From Octopus vulgaris (lineage: Eukaryota): a stretch of 64,000 bases of DNA. Shown piece after piece: positions 53,550 through 64,000 of the stretch. Every line of letters begins with the position of its first letter. Within the stretch, counting starts at the first letter, position 1. The notes under the pieces are model-generated. The model was given only the letters and a program-made list of their open reading frames with translations, ran no database searches and had not been told where the DNA came from. The position numbers and the translations under genes are program-made. The stretch lies in assembly GCA_951406725.2 (NCBI GenBank), contig OX597815.1:52948001-53012000 (forward strand), written 5' to 3'.

Positions 53550-56500
53550 GACATACATACATACACACACACACACAAACATACTTATATAGCTGAGAAA
53601 GTGAGTTGAGCAGACGACAGAGGAATCCAGAATGTGAAGAAAAGAGGAGACAAGACGGTCCAATAAAATATTTTCCCTTTAGAGGAATTAACTATGTTGA
53701 TATATTGCTAATTTAATAATTCATGCAGTGAATAGTGATTTGTGTAATATACACTGAGGAGTGGGGGGACTCGCGTCAACGATACACGATCACTACAGGC
53801 CACATATAATGACAATGCCATAAGATATTTAAGATGCAACACAAGAATCGATTTGATATTCGCCAATCAACTAGTCAAGGAAGTCTCTGGTTCGTATTTT
53901 TGGCTCATGTGAACATAAGATTGGTTAAGAAGTTCGCTTCGCAACTTCGTGTTTCCGGTTTCGATCCCATTGTGCAGTATCTTGAGTAACTCAAAATATT
54001 GATCTAAAACTTTGGTACAAGGCCAGCAACTTTAGAGAAAGGGACTAGTCGTCTTCATCGAACCTAAGACTCACTGGTACTTATTCCATTGACCCCGAAA
54101 GAATGAAAAGCAAAACAGACTTCGGTAGCATTTGAACTCAAAACATAAAGAGATGGAAGAAATACTGTTAACCGTTTTTCCCCCGTGTGCCGACGATTTT
54201 GTCAGTTCGCTGTCTTAGACTAAGAATAAATGAAATCCTAGCAAGAATTAGCCAAGGACTTTTTTGTAGAGAGAAAAAAAGACACCGACTATTTAAGTGA
54301 GGTAACTTATTTAACTAGAGGCACCCAAAATATTTTTATTTAACTATAGTTTCTTCTGTAGTGAAGAGAAAAGGATCAACATTAGTTTCTAATTTTTACC
54401 TTCAGGAAATGTGGATAGCACTGAAATTTGTCTTTACCCATTACGTGTGGTGGTCCTGTAACTAAGCAAAAACTCATGGGTAAAATTTCAAACTACTACT
54501 TTAAGTGCCATTGTCTAGAGTTCACTGTACTACAAGCATTCAGAGGCGGTTTCCAGTTTCCTTCTCTTCATCCTACCACCAGTTTTAGAGGCTTTTCTTT
54601 CTCTGGTTGAACGATAATAAATGTATAGTGAGTTGAAAGACTTCGACTAGGATTGTCCCTGAAATTAGTCAGGAATAGCTCCTTTAAGGACTGCTGGAAA
54701 TTTGAAAGCATCCAGCAAAGAAGATAACTCTAATGTCAGCTAAATTAAATTTTTTGAAAATGAAGATGACGGAGATGAAAGTAGGTCTTGAGATTAAAGC
54801 CAAATGGCGAATGAAGTATATATTTTGAACTTATTAGACCGCCTTAATGAAGTATCAATATATTCTAGTAATTAAGGCGGCGAGTTGGCAGGATCGTTAG
54901 CACGCCTTTACGTTCTGCGTTAAAATTCGCCGAGGTCGACTTCGCTTTCATTGTTTCGGGATCGATAAAATAAGTACCAGTTGGGAACTGGGATCGTTGT
55001 AAACGAGTTAAAAATATAGAACGGACATGATTCGAAATGCAGGCCTTGTGCCAAAATTTGATACCACTATATTCTAGTAATTGTTATATACTGACATTGA
55101 GACTAGTGTTTTCATTATACTCATGACGATTCGGTCGTGCTCGGATGCCTGTTGTTTTCTATTTCGTTCTCAGAATTTTGAACAGAATCTTTTAATTTAA
55201 CCATATGTAACACTATACACATAACTTAGCAAACAATATGGAGCCAAGGGAGACTACAAGCATGAGGAATATTCTTTTATGTCAATATAAACAAATGATA
55301 TTAGATATAACACATTGCAAACATGCAATAATAATCAATATCACATTATATCATGCGACAAATATATCATTATAAACAATATTACAGCAATTTCAGGCTA
55401 TCTCATTTATAAACATTTCCTAACAAAATATACCACAAATATCATTATATAAACATGTAATAACAAACAAAATCACAGTACACTACATTATAAACATAAA
55501 TAGACTTTTCCACTAAATATGATCTAGAGAGTTGTTGCGGTTGATTAGCTCCAAGTCGGCCTTGGTTACGCATAACTATCAGGGAACTATGTCATCCAGA
55601 TTGGGCTACAAGTAGCGGTTTATGAAAAACAGTACAATATTGGGCATCAAATTTCTGAAATGTAGCATTTATCTTCCCCTGACACAAGAGCGCGCTGTCA
55701 GCTTGATATAGTGTTGTATTGTTTGTTATTTATGTCATACAGTAAAATATTGTTTTTTATGTTATATTTATAGAGTCACATAGCATCATATTGTGTAATT
55801 ATAGAGTCACATTGCGCGACATCGTCTATTATGATATATGTATAATGTCGCTCAGCGTGATATTGTTTGTTATGAATTATTTTCGAGTCGCAAAATGCCG
55901 TATTATTCGTTAACTATTTATATAGTTATACAATGTGATATAATAATTTTTTAAACTCATTTAGTGCAATGTTATTTCTGACTTGATGCTATGTAATATT
56001 ATTTATCAAGCAAGAGCAATGAATAATAGAACCAGTAAAATGATGTATAAACGCGGTGTAGTATTTATGTCCGTTTTACATTTTGGATTCAAATAGTTAG
56101 TAGAGTTAACTTTCCTCTTCATTATCGATATGTCCTACTGTAGTATTGAAGTTGATTTAATCAGCTGTTATTTGTGTCTTTTCGCCTATAATAAAAACTG
56201 ATGATTTTGCGTACTCCATGGCACTACGCTGCCTTGTGATCAAAAGTGTTTCAATGTTTCAGCAACGACTATCCTGCATATAATTTTTTTAGGCGTAGTG
56301 TGTCTGGAACCCTATTATTCAATGTTATTCAATGTACCATTCTTTTTTTCTTTAAGAGAAAGTGGGATGCGATCTGAGAGCGATATAACCATTATTACTT
56401 GCAGACACCTCTGTTGGTTTCTCTGTAATATATGTGTGTGCAATATTATATTTTAATATGATGTGAAGATGTCATAAGCGTTAGATGAGATTTATGAATT

Positions 56501-58650
56501 AAATGATTGGTTGGAAAGCTGAGAAGTGCTAGCATAAACATTAGATTCCTCGTTAAAGATTTTATCAGATCTGGAAGTTTGATATAAAAATAGAGCTACA
56601 TTCCGGAGAGTACTTGACATGATTTAAATTTTAAATATAAATTGGGAAGTGTGCAGTTTATTTAGAATATATAATGAAATAATAATTATTTTCAACTAAT
56701 TTTATCTGTTAATTGTGTTGTTTTGACAGTTATCGGAAGTCTTGCGGAAATTACCAAACTCTAGTGATTAACATGCAAAAAATTAATGATTTAACTTAGT
56801 TTCGTTGTTCTTTGATTTATTCCAATTCAGTTATTCAATTCTTTTTACTTTTTTTCTTTACTTTTTCCTTTATAATTGTCTGCTTATCTGATAGAAATGA
56901 ATTTGAAAATAATTAATTCCAGAAAGCAAAATACAACAACGATGGAAAAGATATTTTAGAATGTAATTTTCTGGAGCTTTCAAAACTTCATTACAGCGTT
57001 CAAATCCTGCTGAAAACAGCTTCACTGATTATTCTTTCGAGGTCAATAAAATACCTAATAGTTGTTGCTGCTTTTGCCGTTTTTGTTCAGCTCCAGGTCA
57101 GCACTTATTGAGTAGCACTAAAATAAAAATTAAAAAATTCGAATCATAACCGTTCTATATTTTTAATAACTATAACCACATGGAATGTATCGTTCTTTGT
57201 CTTTAGACGGCAAGATGCAATTTGAGCGATGTTTAATAACGATTTCTAGTAGGTTAAGTAGCCACAAAAAGGCTTCCACTGGAGTGTCGTTTACTAATAA
57301 ATCAACCCTAATCAAGCCAACATATGATCAAAGATATTCTAGTCCTTTTTTGTTTTTCAGATTACTTCATGCAATCTAACATTTCGTTTTTAAAATGGTC
57401 AGATATGATTTGGTTACTATTTCTACCAGGTCGAGCGATCATGTGCAGGTTCCTTCAGAAGTACCAATGATAGTTCAATTCTATCAACTACGCGCCTCCT
57501 CTTAAAACTATTTGTCATGTCAAAATTAGAAATCAATATAAACACGCCCAGTAGGATGAATTTCTTTGACTTCCTTACGCTATTCATTTGGTTACACCTG
57601 CTTCCATTAGTTTCATATTTTAAGTTCAGAAATATACATGAAGCATCGGGAAAAGTTTTGCTTATAGGAACAGAGTAGGCACAAATGATGCCTGTACTTG
57701 GTGATAAATTGTGGTAGCGGTGAAGTCAAATCACAGGCTAGATTGCTTTGTTGGCGCCTGTTAAACAGTATTGGTAGGCACCAAATCCAAAAGTACTTCA
57801 GATAGATATCATTTGACTTCATACTGTGCGATATCATTGAACTTCATCTAAGTGCGTCAATATTCTTATTAACGCACTTAGCATATAAAATTGCTTTGAC
57901 AGAGCTGCATAACAATTTTAGGTGTGACTACCCATTAATCAGTGACAATAAGATCTCTTCGTGAGCTGCCTCCATCTTCAAAGTGAAGAAAATACTGCCC
58001 CACCATTGACTACATGAGTTTACAGAAGGAAGTATCGGGAATATCTTTTGATACATTTTCAATATTTCTTGTTGGATGACAATGGTTTGATGACTCTACA
58101 TGGATTACGAATGAGTTGAGTCATAATGGATCAAAGATCTCATCATCTTTATCAGACACAGCTCAGCTGAAACGAATATGTGACCATCAACTGGTCTTAT
58201 CTTCTCTTTGCACCAAAAGGTGAATGTCAGTAAGGCAGACTCTTTTTTGCCATTCAATAGTAGTCATCAAGACACTAAGCTCATCAAAGATGTTTTTGGA
58301 TTTTTTTAGGATACAGGAATAAGTATTTTACTTTCCTTGAATTGCTCGAGCAAAGAGGTTGTGTGGATCCACTGATCCACATAACCTCTTTGATATCGAA
58401 AAAGCTCATCGGAGATTTCTATCTATTTTGAGTTACAAATGAATGTAATGAAGAAGTTTTGCTGGCCAAAATTTCAGACATAAGCTACCACACACTGAGT
58501 TTGTCTATGTTGGAACGACCGTCCTCGTACAAAACTTAATAACGGTATAACTGTTTGACCAATATTTCGGAGGTTGTTGTAGTCCTTTGCTCATAATGTA
58601 TTTTGATAAAACAAGGAGGTAAGGGCATACATATTTTTAGGTAACTACAC

Positions 58651-58715
<65 letters not shown>

Positions 58716-59692
58716 CGATAAAGTTGGATTTGTCCAATTGGCCATTTGCTAAGGTTAAAGAAGTTCGTCAAACTTTAAAGTGAGGCAGTATTTAAATCAT
58801 TTTGTTTTTGGCATTTTCTTTTTAGTTCCGGTCAAATTAGCATCTAAGTATATTCATATTTGTATTTTCATTGTTCTTAATTATAACGAGTAAAATTTCA
58901 AAATTTTCTTTGTTAGTATCTACACATTCTATTTCAATATTTTTCTTGGCATTTGTGTCCTATTTATTTGTTTATTGGAATTCAAGAAATGTGAATGTTG
59001 CATTGTGGCTCAGCCAGAGTTCGATATACCAAACATGTGTTAAGTGCGACCATAGCAGTAGTGAATATAACAGTAACTCCATTAATTTCGTTATTTACTT
59101 TTAACTTACAATATTCGTGACATAACTCAGTAAACAACGGCGGCGTCAATAACAAAATCATCAACATTATCATCATCCTCCTCCTCATCATCATCATGAA
59201 CATAGTCATCGTATGAGTAACACGATGTCAGGAAATATATGCATTAATAGCAACAACGATTTTGATACCTGTCATTTTGATGCCTGACTCTGTCGTGGAC
59301 AATGACACGGCAGTTTGATGTTTAGTGTAATCGCATTGAATCATGTCACATGGCACGCAGCAATAAGCTTCTCATATTTGAACTTCAAGATAATAAACAA
59401 AAAGAAAGTAAGAAAGAATGAAGCAAAGAAGGAAATATATGCTTAGAAAAAGTTTGGCATTGTTAGCCAGGATTCAAATTGTGTCATAATTAATGGCTTC
59501 TTATGATTTGATTGAAAGTCCTATAATTCTAAGATATAGAAATTAATTACTGTGACGTTCATATCTATCCCCGCCAAAAGTGCAAGGATGCGCTGCCTGG
59601 AATCGAATTCAGAATCTTGGGGGAAAGTAGCCCGCACTCTTAACCACTACGCCATATACCCGTGGGCATATGGCGTATTGGTTAATAATAAT

Positions 59693-59770
<78 letters not shown>

Positions 59771-59854
59771 AAGAAGAAGAAGAAGAATGATAATAATAAT
59801 AATAACATCAAAAAATACCTTAGGAATGAAAACCCAGGTTCGAAATTTCCCCAA

Positions 59855-59901
59855 GATACCTGATGAAGGCTTGGAGGGTATATCAGCCAAAACGTTGTGT
59901 T
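59855..59901 (+). ncRNA. Type I hammerhead-like motif with mutated G12
   Basis: gatac CTGATGA a ggct tggagggtatatc agcc AAAA cg TT gtgtt; stems I and II pair, ACGU stem III; follows an (AAT)n/(AAG)n tract. Confidence 0.55.
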
Positions 59902-60589
59902 AACAACAAACAAGACGAGGAGAAATATCCGTCAATTGTAAATAATGTAAATAACGTTCATAATTCCTCATCTCTTAAATATAGAAATGTGTATGTTTGT
60001 TATTCGTTATAATGTTTGTTATTTCGTTATAATGTTTGTTATTTCGTTACTTTCGGTCAATTTTGTAGTCCGGCTAGGGCACCACCTTCAAGAGAACATA
60101 AAAGTTAATGTTGACTTGAATGGTATTTGAACACAGAACGTAAGGGACGTGCCATATACCACAAAGTAGTTGCTCCGACCTTCTATCGATCATGTTATTC
60201 CCAGCACTCATTATATGTCCATAAATTTACCTTATAAAAGGAGGTTGCTAAATACTCAGTGAAAAATATTAGTTATAGGTTAAGGGTTGACATGTTTTCC
60301 TATATAAATAGTTATGTATGTAAAAAGAAAGAGAAGTGGTACTTTACATTCCTCAGAGACATTTGACAAGAGAGAGGGGATAGAGAATGGTGTTTATTGA
60401 GGAATCTGAAAAAAACATTCATAATGGGAGGAGATGTGTATTGCAAACAAAAGAGACAGAAATAGTGATTATTTCAAAGTATGCTTGCTTCTATTGGAAA
60501 CCTTGTAAATCATATCAGGTGTGTGTAATTTACAAGGTGTGTGTACAGAAAAGTTATATGCATGTAAACGATAATTCAAAACACTAACA

Positions 60590-61960
60590 GAATACTTTTC
60601 CCAGCTTTATATTGTCATTTTTACACAGTCTGACATAATTTTCTAACGGTAAAACTTTTTCTCAAAACTAACTTACATGAATAGAATAACTTTGAGAAGT
60701 GCAATTGTCAAATTACTTCTCTACTATCTCTTATACTATTGACATTTTATTGACGGAAATGTTTCTCACCACGCTCGCATCATGAGAAACTGAATATAAT
60801 TTTCTGAAAGTCACCCACTCAGCATTTCCTAATGTGTATGCTAAAATCGTTTCCTAGCGTCCTTGAACTTTAAGAGGAACCTCTTCCTAAGACTCGAAAG
60901 CAGGCTTGTTCCTTTTGTTTTCCAAATTTCTCTCAGAAGCCTTGCTTTTGTACAGTTATCAATGAAGTGTTTGATACCTCGTTCTATAATGCCCTTACGG
61001 ATTAGTATGTCACTGGTCATCCCATGAAAACAAAGCATCTTTTGAAGATTTAGCATATTTCATCAAATATTCTCTGCAATCATTTTACCGGTTATCCACC
61101 TCGGCAGAAAATTTGTAATACAATTTCTTCATATCCATTACACACATGTGGCTCAGAAGACCTTTATTTTGAAAGAGCTGAAAGGATTGACCTTTAGCTT
61201 GTTCAAAATTATTAACACTTTAACAACAGTTTTGTTTTCTCTTTTGAGTTTTCAAATGTTTGTGTGAAAAGCATACATGGACAATATAACTTCCTTAATT
61301 CATTTCCAAAAGATTTATTAATCACAGCAGGTGGATTCGTCTGTGACAGGAAAAGTGTCTCCAAGGCTGAAAGCTTCAACATTCTTGAAGTTCCTAGAGA
61401 CATTGAGAGCCATCTTGTGTAGCAACGAGATAACAGCTTTCTGTATTTGATTTGAAAAAAAAAATCACTATTCCTTCAAAAGTTCTATTCAAAAAGAGTA
61501 GATGAGAAAAGACTATAGCATTGATAAACTTTAAAGACAATATTTTTTAAATCAGTATCTTTTCTTCCTGCGTAATATTGTACAATGTTCTAACCAACTT
61601 TTGCTTATTTCTTAAATTTTGAAAATATTCTTTTCTTTATTGTGTTGAAGACTTACCAGTAAAAGTGCATGGAAAAAAAAGAGGAATATTTTGGCAATTC
61701 TCATCTTCAGTAGCACCGCAGTTAACATTATTTTCTTTTTAATGCGAAAGTTATTGCGTTGGAAATAGTACAGTTAGAGAATTAACAACCACTTTCGACC
61801 TTGAGACTCGAAGAATGTGATAATATTTGTAACTATGGAGACATCTTTTAATCACAATGAAGAGCTTGTATATCAATTTGTAACTGTAGAAAATATCAAC
61901 TTAACTGCGCTAAATATATAAGACAATTCGGCTATACGAACAATATCCTCTATTTTGCAG
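60590..61960 (-). mobile_element. Decayed hAT-like transposase
   Basis: CYTRWLSMSLGTSRMLKL..LETLFLSQTNPPAVI (TRWLS motif, ~61300-61425) and SHDASVVRNIS (NAsVERiFS-like dimerisation motif, ~60755-60787). Confidence 0.55.
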
Positions 61961-62646
61961 CCAGATTTGATAAACTAGTCGCATAATTTAGTTGACGAAC
62001 TTTCTAGTCGAAATGTCGTATTGCATTTGAGCAAGTTAATATAATTGAAAGTCAAGAATATATTTTCTTGTCACACGAAAGGTATGTTAGAAGATTCACT
62101 TATGTTACATAAAAAAATGTATGCCAGTAGATTTCCTTATGTTACATATATATAACACATGTATATAAGCAGACTTACATGTTATACTCATACACTTACA
62201 CAGGCACACACACACACACATTTTAATATTTCACTTAGGCACAGCGATACTAACAACCTAGTGTTAGAACTGAATGTACATAAGCTTCAGAATAGAGAGT
62301 TAGTTGAGTACATAGCATATTATGAAAATAAATAAATGACAGGAGAACCGAAATGACCGAATCAACTTCATTAGCTTACCACCGTTTCAGTTATAAGCTG
62401 AGAACATGTGAATCACTAAAATGAAGAGTAAGTTTATTTGGCAAAGCATATATATATATATATATATATATCAGCATACATACATATATATACATACATA
62501 TATATGTACACGCATATATAGTAACAAAAAGAGAGAAATCTCGATTATCCCCACGTAGTGTATTGTAATGCAAAGAAAAAATATATATAAAATAAAAGAA
62601 GGAATATGCACACACTTTATAGTTTTAATATATTTTAAATTGTGTT

Positions 62647-62679
62647 TGTCGACCGGTTTCGCTTTCGCTAATCATAACA
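62647..62679 (-). ncRNA. Degenerate ultra-minimal hammerhead-like motif downstream of the terminal PLE
   Basis: Minus strand: tgtt ATGATTA gc gaaa gc GAAA ccgg TC gaca; two core substitutions. Confidence 0.45.
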
Positions 62680-62899
62680 CTGAAATTATTAAAATTTCGT
62701 ATTTTCTTAAGATTTTAATCCATGTTTTGTGTGGAGAAGTTTGTGAATGAATGAGTCGATAAGCGGAAAAATCTACTGGGAGGTAAAGGGTGATCGTTAT
62801 TATTGAGGATAGTGGAGTGGGGTAATTTCTCATCTTTCGTGGAGGGGATATATATATATATATATAGATACAAAACCCCAAATATTAAAGTAGTGAGAT

Positions 62900-64000
62900 G
62901 TAATATGTACAGTGATGGGTATGTGATCATGAATTAAAATATTTGAGATCAAAGTTTCTTATACGTTCATTTTTAGAAGTGTTCTGTATTTTTCGATGAA
63001 CGACATTTCTTTATTTAAACGTTCTTGTATAGAAATTGTTTCTTTGCACTGGTAGATAGGGAAACTGTGAAGTTTGGTTGGATATTACCTGCACATCTCT
63101 CTATGTGTTCACTCAAAGGAATCTGTCTGTATTGCAGGAACCGGATCTCTTCCTAATGTAGGGTGGTTCTCTGTCACAGTGCCATACTTATCTACCCTAT
63201 ATAGTTATGTCCACAACCTGAGCAAGTTGGTTTTAATTGTGAACCTCTCTCCTTGTTTGAATAGGAATTCCGATCCTTCCAGTTCATTGGGGCAAGTTTC
63301 ATAGTTTGGGCGTCCATATTTTTAACCGTTAGTTTCGTGGTTGTTGCGTAAAGCTTTGCATTTGTTGGAAGTCTTTTCAACGATTTGGGTTGCATTTTGC
63401 ATTTGATGAATTCATGTTTTCAGAATGTTTATTTTTGGATATATAGTGAGCATAGTAAGATTTTGTACAATAGCGTTGTATGTCTCATTGTTTCTAGGAT
63501 TGTGTGATGACATATACAGTAGTGTTTTGAGATAAGGTGATAGTGCTACGTTTTGTTGTCTTTAGTGTTTTAATGTCTAATTTCTTAGCACACTTAAGTC
63601 CATGGTGAATAAGTGAGTGTGGATATTATCTTTCAGTTAGTCTTCTGAGGTCTTGGAAACGAAGGTCCCAAGAATTTCTATCAGACGCTAGTGTGCAAAT
63701 CCTTTTTGTTAAATTAAATGATATATTTCGAGTGGCATGAGCTAAACAGGAGATATTGCTTCGAGTTCATTGGTTTATGATAAATGTCAGTTATAATTTG
63801 GTTGTTGACGTTTTTTATCATAATATCTAAGAAAGGGAGCTGTTCTTTGCTATATTCCATTGTAAATTGAATGTTAGGGTTTATATTATTTAGTATTGAT
63901 TTAAATTCCAATTGTTTGTCAATTGCCTCCTTCCAAAATGATAAAGCAGTCATCCAGGTATCTTTTCCAGTTCTCTCTTAAATAATGTGAAATGAGTATC
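62900..64000 (-). mobile_element. Decayed Penelope-like element (RT YLDD to GIY-YIG), running off the window end
   Basis: RYLDDCFII (~63935-63963); LNNINPNIQFTMEYSKEQLPFLDIMIKNVNNQIITDIYHKPMNSKQYLLFSSCH (ORF 63714..63953); Cys-linker and endonuclease remnants to ~62930. Confidence 0.85.

Overview
AT-rich, microsatellite-saturated eukaryotic DNA with no recognisable host protein-coding exon. Almost every long ORF in the track is a simple-repeat translation or a decayed transposon. The repeat content (two abundant tRNA-derived SINE families, RTE, Tx1-like and R4-like LINE relics, Neptune-type Penelope-like elements (PLEs), mariner/Tc1/pogo/hAT relics, Helitrons, very long (TA)n/(TATC)n/(AAT)n tracts) looks like an octopus/cephalopod intergenic or intronic region; this is inferred, not checked. 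The main signal is RNA structure. About a dozen hammerhead-ribozyme-like motifs occur, mostly minimal type I forms at PLE ends. Two sequence-unrelated ~95-100 nt motifs (9193-9291 + and 20322-20416 -) carry the full hammerhead core with the strands in a non-circularly permuted, multiply pseudoknotted order. They share the same five-helix architecture with different sequences, and each has a kink-turn-type loop in the extended stem III. All structures and translations were read by eye and element boundaries are approximate.
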